DNA from: Candidatus Nezhaarchaeales archaeon
GTDB taxonomy: Archaea; Thermoproteota; Methanomethylicia; Nezhaarchaeales; WYZ-LMO8
Direction of reading: 5' to 3'
Assembly (NCBI GenBank): GCA_038887515.1
Contig: JAWAKK010000001.1
Coordinates: 541,836-605,835 of the forward strand
Length of the DNA: 64,000 nt
In this document: positions 1 to 9,563 of the stretch, in pieces
Layout of the letters: every line of letters begins with the position of its first letter
Numbering within the stretch: the first letter of the stretch is position 1
Translations under genes and position numbers: made by a program
Notes under the pieces: model-generated
Seen by the model: only the letters and a program-made list of their open reading frames with translations
What the model was told of the DNA's origin: nothing
The model's database searches: none

Positions 1-51
1 CCAAGCAATCTTAATTAAAATCCTCCCACTACATGATATTAGGTCATTGAG

Positions 52-592
52 TTGAACGAAGAAAAGGAAGGAACAAAGATTGAAGATATGGCGGGCGACT
101 TTAGCGTATTAAGTAATCCAACAAGACTCAAGCTTTTGATTAATATTCACGAAAAAGGGCCTTGCACTTTAAGAGAGCTCATAGAAAACGCTCAGCGTGA
201 CGAAAGTACGATTAAGAGGCATTTAAAAGAGCTTATAGACCGTGGCTTCATAGCAAGGTCCTGTGACAAGAAGCCTAAGTACTACATAACTAATAAAGGT
301 ATTTTAGCCATAACGTTTTTAAGAGTTAAGGTCGAGCCAACAATCGTGCAAGACCTAGCGAAGCACGATGAAGTCAAAGTTAAGGTTCGCAGTGGAAGAC
401 CTTTCTCCAACTTTTCTTATGCCATTAAAAAAAGCAGGCTTTAAGAGAATTGCATTATACTCAGTGTCCATTACTTGTATATTTTTAGGTTTATTAGGGC
501 TTGTAGTTTCAAGTGTCGAGCTCCTCTATAGGATTTTATGGTTACTGCTTTGGCTTATCATAGCCTACGTCTTTAAGTCTCTCGCTTCTTAA
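52..592 (+). pseudogene. ArsR-like wHTH regulator with C-terminal membrane helices, split by a +1 frameshift at an A7 run (427-433)
   Basis: ORF 52-444 has an ArsR-type HTH (LSNPTRLKLL...ESTIKRHLKEL). ORF 368-592 in the +1 frame encodes two hydrophobic helices. Removing one A from 427-433 fuses them (YAIKK-AGFKRIAL). Could be an assembly error. Confidence 0.6.
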
Positions 593-595
593 AGT

Positions 596-1771
596 CTAGC
601 TCATCTCTTGAACTGCTTTCTCGATCCTCTCCAGCCCAAGCTCTATATTGGGTATGGAAGTGGCATAACAGAACCTTAAGTATCCCTCACCACTAGGTCC
701 AAAAGCCGAACCAGGAATAGTCGCTACGGCTGCTTTTTCTAGTATAAGCTCTGCAAGCTCTGTTGACTTTACTCCTAGTTCCTTTACGTTAGCGAATACG
801 TAGAAGGCTCCTTTGGGCATTTTAGCCTTAAACCCTGTTATTCTATTTATCCTCTCAACCATGAAACGCCTGCGCTTATCATACTCTTTAACCATTTCAT
901 CGATGAACTTATTTACCTCAGGGTTCTTAAGGCCTTCTAGCACTGCCATCTGAGAAGGGCTTGGAGCGTTGACTATCGTATACTGTTGCAACTTCAACAT
1001 TTCATTCACTAACCTTTTACTTGCAGCTACGTAGCCTATCCTCCAACCGCACATAGCGAAGGTCTTTGAAAACGAGTTAACAGTTATGGCCAACTCTTCC
1101 ATGCCTGGTATTGAAGCTATACTGTAGTGTTTAGCTCCGTCGTATACCAGTTTTTCATATACTTCATCCGATATAACGTATATCCCGTTATCCATAGCTA
1201 TTTCGGCTATCCCTCTGATATCCCTTAGCTCCAATACGGAACCCGTGGGGTTATGAGGCGTATTTAAGAAGATGCACTTTGTCTTCGAGGTAATTAGTTC
1301 ATTTACTTTCTCCGGAATCATTCTAAAATCTTCTTCCTCGTCAAGGGGGACTCTAACAGGCTTGCCGCCAGCCATGATTACCACGGCTTCGTATATTACG
1401 AAGCCGGGATCGGGGATCAAAACTTCGTCTCCAGGTTCGACTAACGCTAAAGTTGACAATAGGAGCCCCATTGAAGCCCCAGCAGTAACCATAACGTTTT
1501 CGGCTTTAGCGTCGACGTTGTTTTCAACTCTAAGCTTCTCGGCTATAGCCTCTCTGAGCTCAAAAAAGCCGGCGTTAGGTGTATAATGCGTATAGCCGAG
1601 GTCTATAGCCCTCTTACCAGCCTCCTTAATACATGGAGGCGTTTCAAAATCTGGTTCCCCTATTCCAAAATTTATTACGCCCGACATTTTTTGGGCTAGG
1701 TCGAAAAGTCTCCTAATGCCCGAAGGAGTTATGATTCTCGTCCTGAAGCTTAGCTCTTTAGGCTTCTTCAA
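596..1771 (-). CDS. PLP-dependent class I/II (aspartate-type) aminotransferase
   Basis: GEPDF, NTPHNPTG, SDEVY, SFSKTFAMCGWRIG (PLP lysine) motifs. Confidence 0.93.
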   Translation of the reverse strand: MKKPKELSFRTRIITPSGIRRLFDLAQKMSGVINFGIGEPDFETPPCIKEAGKRAIDLGYTHYTPNAGFFELREAIAEKLRVENNVDAKAENVMVTAGASMGLLLSTLALVEPGDEVLIPDPGFVIYEAVVIMAGGKPVRVPLDEEEDFRMIPEKVNELITSKTKCIFLNTPHNPTGSVLELRDIRGIAEIAMDNGIYVISDEVYEKLVYDGAKHYSIASIPGMEELAITVNSFSKTFAMCGWRIGYVAASKRLVNEMLKLQQYTIVNAPSPSQMAVLEGLKNPEVNKFIDEMVKEYDKRRRFMVERINRITGFKAKMPKGAFYVFANVKELGVKSTELAELILEKAAVATIPGSAFGPSGEGYLRFCYATSIPNIELGLERIEKAVQEMS

Positions 1772-1852
1772 GTCTAACCCCCTTCACGCGAAGTCTCTCA
1801 ACAACAAGGGTTGTAGCTAGTTAAATCTATCTCAATTCGTTATAGTTGAAGT

Positions 1853-2902
1853 TTAGGTTATTGGCTTTAGGTAGTCTTGACCTCGCGCTTCAGGTGAACC
1901 TATTAGAAGCCTATAATGATCGAGCTTCCCTCTCCAGTAGACTAGCTCCACTTTGCCTCGAGCTTCGAACTTCTCACCTTCCTCTACTATACCCATATAG
2001 AGCCCCTCGTAGCTACATAGCTCCGTCAAACCTTCGACGATAGGTCCGTTTAAGACCTCCACATCTCCTACGAGCCACTTTGAAGGCATGAATATGGATT
2101 CTGAAGAATCCAGCACAACCCCTCTAATAGTGGCTAAGCCTACCGGCTTATACGTAAACTCGCCGAAGACCTCTTTTACCTCGCTCTCCTTCTTTACCGG
2201 ATGAATTGAGAAGTCTTTCCCCTTGAAAAACCCCCTATTCCACTTTCTCGTGCACACTACTTCTGCGTCCCTCTTAGAAAGATAAAATAACCTCTGTCTT
2301 CTCTCTAAAAGCTCTTTAAACCTCTCCTTAGGTAGCCTCTCTATTCCCCCTCTAGGCTCCTCGTAGAGCCTAACGAGGGTCTCTCTTACCTTCATGGCGT
2401 TATCCCTTCCATAGACTACAAGGTCTATATCTGAAAAGGGTTGGTGTATACCTATTAGTAGGGAACCTGTTACTCCTAAGTCACTGACGGATATACTTGC
2501 TTCATCAGCTATCTTCTGTGCCAGGTCCACCGCCATAGCCTCCAACTGGTCTCTAGGTTCTTTAATCATTTCTTGCAGTCTACTTTCAGGCCGATAGTGT
2601 CTGAAAACATTACTTAAAGGTACGGCAGACATCTCTACTCCAAGCTCTTCAAAGAAGGTAACGTAGTGAGGGTAACGTAGCTTTAAGTAACTTATTGTGT
2701 CGAGGAGCATGGGCACCGTGTAGTATGGCAAGGCTCTCTTGAACTTCTTGTCCCTACCCCACTTGCCATCCGGGCTTGGGACGTACTTCAAATAAGCTAC
2801 GACGTGGCTCGTCGGGTGAACATTGCTGACGACCGTAAAAAATAGTCCTTCAACGGTCTCGATATAGTCCCTATCTCTAAAGGAGCGCATCGTGAGTCCC
2901 AC
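1853..2902 (-). CDS. Archaeal Pol-beta-superfamily nucleotidyltransferase (COG1665-like)
   Basis: GVTGSLL...SDIDLVVYG (GS-x-DxD) motif; N-terminal RDRDYIET...YLKY typical of this archaeal family. Confidence 0.8.
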   Translation of the reverse strand: MGLTMRSFRDRDYIETVEGLFFTVVSNVHPTSHVVAYLKYVPSPDGKWGRDKKFKRALPYYTVPMLLDTISYLKLRYPHYVTFFEELGVEMSAVPLSNVFRHYRPESRLQEMIKEPRDQLEAMAVDLAQKIADEASISVSDLGVTGSLLIGIHQPFSDIDLVVYGRDNAMKVRETLVRLYEEPRGGIERLPKERFKELLERRQRLFYLSKRDAEVVCTRKWNRGFFKGKDFSIHPVKKESEVKEVFGEFTYKPVGLATIRGVVLDSSESIFMPSKWLVGDVEVLNGPIVEGLTELCSYEGLYMGIVEEGEKFEARGKVELVYWRGKLDHYRLLIGSPEARGQDYLKPIT

Positions 2903-3052
2903 TAGCTACTCGAAGTTTAAGGTAATAAGCTTACGTCTACAAATATTAGACTTACGTCAAGGTCTCTATCTTCTCAATATTATTGGCTCAACGATCTAGT
3001 TGAATAGCAAGCTTTTCAAGCTAAACGTCGACTCTCTTTCTGAGGAGTTTGC

Positions 3053-3835
3053 ATGGCATTGAGAGAGCTCTTAAAGAGAGTTGCCGAAGGCGTCGTAAGC
3101 ATCGAGTACGCTGAACAGCAATTAAAATTGTTGGCGCTCGAAGAGATTGCTGGAGTCTTAAAGCTAGACGTTGGAAGGGAGCTTCGCAAAAGCATTCCAG
3201 AAATAGTATTTGGAGAATATAAGAGCTCAGACCAGCTAGAACTCGCTATACGAGGGCTTTTAGAGACTCGAGGGAGGGCGATAGTCTCTAGGTTAAGGGG
3301 CGACCAGCTTGAGGTCGTAAAGAAGTTTGAGGAAGGGTATATCGTTGCCTTGAGCGCATCGCGTAGACTCGCTATTATAAAGCAAAGAGGATACGAGACT
3401 TTAAAGATTGGAGGGAAAGTTGGAATAGTTACAGCTGGTACAGCCGACATACCTATAGCCGATGAGGTGAAGCTGATAGTTGAAGAGCTCGGCTGCAATA
3501 CTATCACTATCTACGATGTGGGGATAGCAGGTCTCCATAGGACCGTCGACGCTGCCAAGAAGCTCCTGGAAGAAGACGTTGACGTTGTAGTTGCGGTTGC
3601 AGGCATGGAAGGTGCAATGCCATCGGTCTTAGCTTCAACGTTGGACGTTCCGGTAATAGGTCTTCCAACTTCAACAGGCTATGGCATAGGCGGTGGAGGG
3701 GTCGCTGCTCTTCTATCCATGCTTCAATCGTGTTCCCCAGGTCTCTTAGTAGTAAACATCGATAACAGCGTAGGAGCCGCCGTTGCAGCAGCCCTAATAG
3801 TTAGTAGGGTTGCTAAGTTTAGGAGGGATAAGTGA
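3053..3835 (+). CDS. larB: Nickel-pincer cofactor biosynthesis protein LarB
   Basis: PEIVFGEYK, TAGTADIPIA, DVGIAGLHR, AGMEGAMPS, PTSTGYG, SCSPG, VNIDN motifs; adjacent to larC. Confidence 0.92.
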   Translation: MALRELLKRVAEGVVSIEYAEQQLKLLALEEIAGVLKLDVGRELRKSIPEIVFGEYKSSDQLELAIRGLLETRGRAIVSRLRGDQLEVVKKFEEGYIVALSASRRLAIIKQRGYETLKIGGKVGIVTAGTADIPIADEVKLIVEELGCNTITIYDVGIAGLHRTVDAAKKLLEEDVDVVVAVAGMEGAMPSVLASTLDVPVIGLPTSTGYGIGGGGVAALLSMLQSCSPGLLVVNIDNSVGAAVAAALIVSRVAKFRRDK

Positions 3836-5077
3836 TTGAACTTGTTGATAATAGATTCGAGGTTGGCGGGAGTATCGGGCGACATGATGCTAGCAGCCCT
3901 AGTCGACTTAACAGGAGAAGTGGATTGTCTTCACCGGTTGACTTCAATTATTGAAAGGACTGTTGAGTACTGCGAAGAGGTTGAACTCAAGGTTTACGAC
4001 GTCTATAGGAAGGGGGTCAAAGCGAAGAAAGTCGAGCTTAAAGCTAAAGAGAACCTTGGAGGTGTTACTCCTAGCAAGTTCAAGTGTAATGTCGACAGAG
4101 TCTTAGAGGTAGTAGATATATCAGACAAAGCTAAGAACTTTGTTAAAAAGGTTGTAGAGGAAATCTGCGAGGCTGAGGCGAGAATACACGACGAAGGGCA
4201 CGAAATGTTTGAGGTAGCTTCGGTTGACACGATTTTCGATGTTGTAGGGGTGGCATCATTACTGGACAGGTCGAGGCTCTTTGACTCTGAAATATACGCG
4301 ACCCCGCCAGCTCTAGGTTCAGGGGTCGTCGAGACTAGCCACGGTCTCCTCTCCGTTCCAACGCCAATTACGTTAGAGATCTTACGTAAGCATTGCTTTC
4401 CCTACTCTAATGTTCCTATAAACTATGAACTTACAACGCCAACTGGTGCAGCCTTGCTCGTCAACTTAGCTAAAAGGGTCGTCGATTTTTATCCACCGGC
4501 AAAGGTTAAGGGTGTAGGCTATGGAGCTGGATCCAAGGATCTAACGCTGATACCTAACGTACTTAGAGTTGTCTCGGGAGAAGGGAGCTTAAATTTAGAA
4601 TCTGTAGAAAGGATCGTGGTTATCGAGACGACAGTTGATGATGTGACTGGAGAAATTGTAGGTAACGTTATCGAGAAGCTTCTTGGACTTGGAGCGCTCG
4701 ACGTCGTAGTCCTTCAAGGCATAGGAAAGAAGGGAAGGCCAGTACACCTTGTTAAGGTATTAGCTAGGCTTGAGAACTACGCTGAAATAGCTGAAGCATT
4801 AATCAACGAGCTCGGGACGTTAGGTGTTAGAGTTTTCGAAACCCCCAGAATTAAGGTCGAAAGAATCCAGAAACTAGTTGAGATCGAAGTCCTAGGAAAG
4901 AAGTTTGAAGTGACGGTTAAGGAATCCAAGATGCCGAACGGCAAACTCGTAAGAGTCAAGCCAGAGTATGAAGATCTTAATAGGATATCAAGGGAACTTG
5001 GGATACCGCTAAGGAAAGTGCTCGAGATAGTCCAAAAAAACTTTGGAAGTACGAAGGAGAACATTTCACTTAGTTGA
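3836..5077 (+). CDS. larC: Nickel-pincer cofactor biosynthesis protein LarC
   Basis: GVSGDMMLAAL, EARIH, HGLLSVP, ELTTPTGAA, ETTVDD, KKGRP, KPEYED motifs. Confidence 0.92.
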   Translation: MNLLIIDSRLAGVSGDMMLAALVDLTGEVDCLHRLTSIIERTVEYCEEVELKVYDVYRKGVKAKKVELKAKENLGGVTPSKFKCNVDRVLEVVDISDKAKNFVKKVVEEICEAEARIHDEGHEMFEVASVDTIFDVVGVASLLDRSRLFDSEIYATPPALGSGVVETSHGLLSVPTPITLEILRKHCFPYSNVPINYELTTPTGAALLVNLAKRVVDFYPPAKVKGVGYGAGSKDLTLIPNVLRVVSGEGSLNLESVERIVVIETTVDDVTGEIVGNVIEKLLGLGALDVVVLQGIGKKGRPVHLVKVLARLENYAEIAEALINELGTLGVRVFETPRIKVERIQKLVEIEVLGKKFEVTVKESKMPNGKLVRVKPEYEDLNRISRELGIPLRKVLEIVQKNFGSTKENISLS

Positions 5078-5113
5078 TAGCATTTGTACTTCCTACAACG
5101 TCTAAGCGGTACT

Positions 5114-5536
5114 TTAGAGTTCCACTATGCATGTTGCTTGCTCTCCATTATATCCAATCAATGTTACGACATGGATGCCGTTTAACCCCTTTGGAAGGAC
5201 TAAACTTAGGGGCTTTACGCTCTTAGGCGCTATAACTGCTAACCTTGGTTCAAGTACCTCTAGGAACGTCGCCTCTCCGCCATAAGGTTTATCTATGTAA
5301 GCGTCTACGATAATGGTCTCTTTCTCGCCGAGGTTTCTGATATACACAGTCAGTACGTCGTCTCTTAACATGTAAGCTTCGATCCTTAGGGACGTAGTTG
5401 ATGTACTGTTTAGGCTTGAGGCGTTCATCTTTATTGGTGTAATGTATAAAGTGATCCCAAGTGAGCACAGTGCCATCACTAGGGTTAATGATGTGAGTAC
5501 TTGCGATACTCCAAGAGCTTTCCCTGTCATTACCAA
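5114..5536 (-). CDS. Small type IV pilin/archaellin-accessory-like protein
   Basis: KALG|VSQV followed by a hydrophobic helix (class III signal-like); YIRNLG beta-sandwich motif; directly downstream of an archaellin paralog. Confidence 0.5.
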   Translation of the reverse strand: MVMTGKALGVSQVLTSLTLVMALCSLGITLYITPIKMNASSLNSTSTTSLRIEAYMLRDDVLTVYIRNLGEKETIIVDAYIDKPYGGEATFLEVLEPRLAVIAPKSVKPLSLVLPKGLNGIHVVTLIGYNGEQATCIVEL

Positions 5537-5593
5537 TTACTTCTGGCCAATAATATAAAACCTATTAGGTTGTAGGCGCCCCTTAGACTCCAT

Positions 5594-6250
5594 CTATCCT
5601 AGATCCATTATCCTATCTACTGCTGGCGGAATCTTTTTAGTAATAGTGAGTGGAGCACCTAAATGTGGTATTATTTCGATGGTAAAGGTTTCGTATGCAT
5701 TTAAGAGGGCGTCGTAGCCTATTGCCTTGAGGTTCAAGATTACCATGAATATTTCGCCTTCTTCCAACATTGCATCTTCGTCGCCTTTAACTACAGAAAC
5801 TAAACACCACGATGAAGTTCCACTCTTAAAACATTCTTCCGCTAGGTTTAGGTCGCTCCAAAACGATTGCCCCCCTATACCGTAGGCGTCTGCGACGTGA
5901 ATTCTACCATTGTAGTAGGTTATCGTCAGCTTGCTCTCATTGAAGTCTACGGAGCTACCTCCGGTAATTAACTTTACATAAAATCGAACGGCAACAACCA
6001 TTTGAATCTGGGGATCGCCATGGGCTATTACGTGCCCCGTAGTGACCATAACTGTAGTGACTTGAGCTAAACTCGAAGACGCCGCTTGACTTGCCTCTTG
6101 AGCGAGCTCTGAGCTCGTGTTAAACAGTGTAAACGCTAGAACCGAGGCTGCTACCAGCATAGCAGTTACAACGTTAGCTAGCTCTACGCTCGTAAGGCCT
6201 CTTCTCGATCTTCTAAGCCCTTTCTTATAGTTAGAATTTCCAAAATTCAT
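5594..6250 (-). CDS. arlB: Archaellin paralog, detached from the main operon
   Basis: RRG|LTSVE class III signal; shares GHVIA.GDP, VDFN, NGR.HV.D.Y, FT.EI.P..GA.LTIT..IP blocks with 26432-27085. Confidence 0.85.
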   Translation of the reverse strand: MNFGNSNYKKGLRRSRRGLTSVELANVVTAMLVAASVLAFTLFNTSSELAQEASQAASSSLAQVTTVMVTTGHVIAHGDPQIQMVVAVRFYVKLITGGSSVDFNESKLTITYYNGRIHVADAYGIGGQSFWSDLNLAEECFKSGTSSWCLVSVVKGDEDAMLEEGEIFMVILNLKAIGYDALLNAYETFTIEIIPHLGAPLTITKKIPPAVDRIMDLG

Positions 6251-6336
6251 CTTCTGTATTCGCCTTCAACGGTGGCCTATTTATAATATATTAAGTTTGG
6301 CGCCTAGATAATTTCTTCGCGAGGATTTAGGTAACC

Positions 6337-7695
6337 CTAGTCCTTAGGTTCAACTAAGAGCCTCGGACCCTCTTTACCGACTATTTTTACTTTAGAGCCC
6401 TTAGAGACCTTCTTCAAAGCCTTCGCCACCCAGAGCTCTCCCTGAAATCTTACAAAGCCTTCGCCGCCCTCCTCTATGTCATCTAAGGCTTCAGCGGTCT
6501 CACCAACCATAGCCCCTACGCTTGGTCTCTTCCTCCTAACATTGATGACCTTGTAGGCCATGAAAGCTGCGAAAGCTGTCAAGGGAGCAGTTATTGCGAC
6601 TATGACTAATACGAACGCTCCTACCCACTCTGGGCTTACCGCCCATCGAGTTGGTTCAAGAGTTATCATTAGTAGCCCCCCTAGTGCAATGGATATTATG
6701 CCTGAGATGCCGAAGATGCCGAAACCGGGCGTCAATGCTTCGACCAATAAAAGGATTAGACCTAAAGCTACAAGGGCTAGAGACCCCAAGCTTAAAGGTG
6801 TGGCTCCCAATCCTATTATGCCGAGGACCGTCATTATTGCACCTATTATAGCTGACGGGTAAACTGCTGAGACCAGCCCAAATATGAGGGCCAGCATGCC
6901 GACGGTCATGAGGGTATAGGCTATCTGCGGATCAGATATCGCATTCAATAATGCGACCCTTAGAGATGGGGGATATTCAATTATTTCTGCATCGCCCGTT
7001 TCTAGAGTTATTAACCCGGCTATTGTATCAACTCTCATACCGTGCACTGAATTTAAGAGGTCTTTTAAGCCGTCCACTGGTGGAATGTTAGTTATACCGA
7101 GCTCGTACGCCTCGTCAGCTCCAATGTTTAGGTTCTCGGTTATGAACTTGACCGCGACGTCTACGTTCCTGCCCCGCTCCTTGGCTTTCTCCTTCATCAT
7201 CGCTATTAGGGCATTGATCTGTTTTGTGTTGTTAATTGGTTGACCCATAAAGTCTACTGGCTGGCATGACCCTATGACAGTATAGGGCGCCATAGCTGCT
7301 ACGTGGGAGCCAACAAGTATGTAAGTTCCAGCCGACCAAGCTTTAGCACCCCTAGGGTATACGTAAGCTATGATGGGTATCGTAGATAGCTCGATTTGAT
7401 CTAGTATCCTAATGGTAGAGTCAAGAAGGCCTCCAGGGGTGTTTAGGAGCAAAACTATTGCTGACGCTCTTGCTTTGAGCGCAGCCTTAATGCCCTCTTC
7501 AATGTATACCGCGGTTGCTGGGGTGATTGTCCCTTCAATCCTCAGAACGTAAACAACTGAATCATGTCGATCTAATGCTGTGGAGGAGGGAACCGAAAAC
7601 ATAGTTACTATTAGAAGTATTGAAAAAAGTAAGAGAATGTTTACGTCCCTAACCCTCGTAACCTGCTCACCTTTTTTCCTTCTCTTTTCCTCCAA
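6337..7695 (-). CDS. nfeD: NfeD-type membrane-bound serine protease (stomatin operon partner)
   Basis: LNTPGGL, AWSAG (catalytic Ser), central TM bundle, C-terminal OB-like GELW motif; next to SPFH gene. Confidence 0.92.
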   Translation of the reverse strand: MEEKRRKKGEQVTRVRDVNILLLFSILLIVTMFSVPSSTALDRHDSVVYVLRIEGTITPATAVYIEEGIKAALKARASAIVLLLNTPGGLLDSTIRILDQIELSTIPIIAYVYPRGAKAWSAGTYILVGSHVAAMAPYTVIGSCQPVDFMGQPINNTKQINALIAMMKEKAKERGRNVDVAVKFITENLNIGADEAYELGITNIPPVDGLKDLLNSVHGMRVDTIAGLITLETGDAEIIEYPPSLRVALLNAISDPQIAYTLMTVGMLALIFGLVSAVYPSAIIGAIMTVLGIIGLGATPLSLGSLALVALGLILLLVEALTPGFGIFGISGIISIALGGLLMITLEPTRWAVSPEWVGAFVLVIVAITAPLTAFAAFMAYKVINVRRKRPSVGAMVGETAEALDDIEEGGEGFVRFQGELWVAKALKKVSKGSKVKIVGKEGPRLLVEPKD

Positions 7696-8488
7696 CGCTT
7701 GACGCTAAGCCTATTACTGTACCCATTTCGCCTAACGCTTGAGGAGCAACTATGATCAAGTTCTTCTCTCTAGCTATGTCGAGGAGCGTTTGAAGCTCCC
7801 TAAGCCTAAGGGCTACGGGTTGCTCTTGATATGCCCTAGCAGCCTCAGCCATTATCTTAGAAGCTTGTAGCTCGCCTTCAGCAACTATGATTCTAGACCG
7901 CCTCTCTCTTTCAGCTTCTGCTTGCTTAGCCATGGCCCTCAACATGCTCTCGGGGAGACTTACATCCTTTATCGAGACAGCCGTGACCTTTATGCCCCAC
8001 GGGTCAGTAAGTATGTCTAATGTTTGTGTTAACTTCCTGTTCAACTCTTCCCTCTTGGTTAGCAGTTCGTCGAGCTCTGATTGTCCAAGTATGTCTCTTA
8101 AAACCGTTTGTCCAAGAAGGCTTGTCGCGTAAATGTAGTTTTCAACTGCCGTTACTGCTTTTACCGGGTCAATTACCCGATAGTATATGACCGCGTCGAC
8201 GTCGACTGTAACGTTGTCTTTTGTAACTATCCTCTGTTTAGGGACGTCAATTGTCACAACCCTTAGGTCTACTTTTACGAACCTATCGACTATCGGTATT
8301 CTAAAGAAGAGACCTGGCCCCTTGGCTCCAAGAAGCCTTCCAAGCCTAAATATAACTGCCCTCTCGTATTCGTAGACCATCTTTATTGACGATGCCAAGA
8401 TTATGAGCACTACGATTACTAGGAAGAACGTAGCTATAGCCTGTGCAGGGGTCAACAACAGTGCTTGTTTGATGGGTTCGATAAACAT
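7667..8488 (-). CDS. SPFH/stomatin (band 7) protein
   Basis: YERAVIFRLGR, TKDNVTV, DPWGIKV, AMAKQAEAERERR, LRELQTL motifs. Confidence 0.95.
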   Translation of the reverse strand: MFIEPIKQALLLTPAQAIATFFLVIVVLIILASSIKMVYEYERAVIFRLGRLLGAKGPGLFFRIPIVDRFVKVDLRVVTIDVPKQRIVTKDNVTVDVDAVIYYRVIDPVKAVTAVENYIYATSLLGQTVLRDILGQSELDELLTKREELNRKLTQTLDILTDPWGIKVTAVSIKDVSLPESMLRAMAKQAEAERERRSRIIVAEGELQASKIMAEAARAYQEQPVALRLRELQTLLDIAREKNLIIVAPQALGEMGTVIGLASSVGGKEKEKR

Positions 8489-8632
8489 GGACTTTACACC
8501 ATGCGTTAAATTCGAGGCACTTTAAAAGGTAGTATCCTTGCTTAGGTAAAAAAATGTTTGTCTCGTAGAGTCGAAGAAGTGAGGGGATTTTAGGATTAGG
8601 CGCTTTACTTTGAACCTAAACTTACACGTCAC

Positions 8633-9484
8633 TTAGGAGACGGCATGATGGCTATTTAGATTTGCCCAACCGTTCCGCTTAAGCCTGTTAAGTATATCTT
8701 CATGAAGTTCCATAGTGCAAGTAGCTATTAGAGTTGACCTAGATTTGGGATCCAATTTACAACTCAACTTCTTTCCATTAGAGTCGGTCACTATACCTCC
8801 TGCCTCTTGAAGTATGAAAGTAGATGCAGCAAAGTCTGGAACCCTTAGAAAGCCCCTCAAATCAATAAAAGCATCCGAAGCCCCTGAAGCTATTAAGCAT
8901 AGTTCAAGCGCATCAGAGCCTATGAGCCTTACGTGCCTCGCCTTTTCGATGATTTCTGCGATTCTCAATACGTAGCCGGCTATCTGCCCCCTAACGTTTA
9001 ATTCAAAGGCAATGAAGGCCTCTTCCACTCTACGTACATTGCGGGGCTTTACTTTCGAGTCGTTTAGATAGGCTCCAACGTTTCTTTCAGCATAATATAT
9101 GTCGCCGGTCACCAGATTAATGACCCCCGCGGCGACTATATCGTCCAAAAATTCTCCTTCAGCTATAGCTACTGCTGAGCTACATGCTGGGTAGCCCCTT
9201 AATGCGTTGGAGCTACCGTCCAATGGGTCGAGTATTACTGAATATTTTCCTCTCCCATACTCTTTAATTCCACTTTCCTCGCTAACTAAAGTGAAACGTC
9301 CTAGATCCTTGCTTAAAGATTCTACTACGGCCTTTTCGATCTCGAAATCGAGTACTCTCATTACGTCGCCGCCAGCTCCTATGCCTAGCTCTCTAGAAGC
9401 CTCGTTGGAGCCCTTCAGCTCCATGAAGCGAGCCTTAGCAGAGTTTAAGGCGTTTACTATCGTACGTCTAAGCAATATTCGCAC
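8633..9484 (-). CDS. suhB: Inositol monophosphatase / archaeal bifunctional FBPase-IMPase
   Basis: SEE, ILDPLDGS, EAGGIVTD motifs. Confidence 0.88.
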   Translation of the reverse strand: MRILLRRTIVNALNSAKARFMELKGSNEASRELGIGAGGDVMRVLDFEIEKAVVESLSKDLGRFTLVSEESGIKEYGRGKYSVILDPLDGSSNALRGYPACSSAVAIAEGEFLDDIVAAGVINLVTGDIYYAERNVGAYLNDSKVKPRNVRRVEEAFIAFELNVRGQIAGYVLRIAEIIEKARHVRLIGSDALELCLIASGASDAFIDLRGFLRVPDFAASTFILQEAGGIVTDSNGKKLSCKLDPKSRSTLIATCTMELHEDILNRLKRNGWANLNSHHAVS

Positions 9485-9563
9485 CAGTGATTAAGGATTT
9501 GATACTACGCTAAAAACCTTTTCTTGAAAGGGTTAAATGAGGTTTTGAGGGGTAGGGCCCGCG

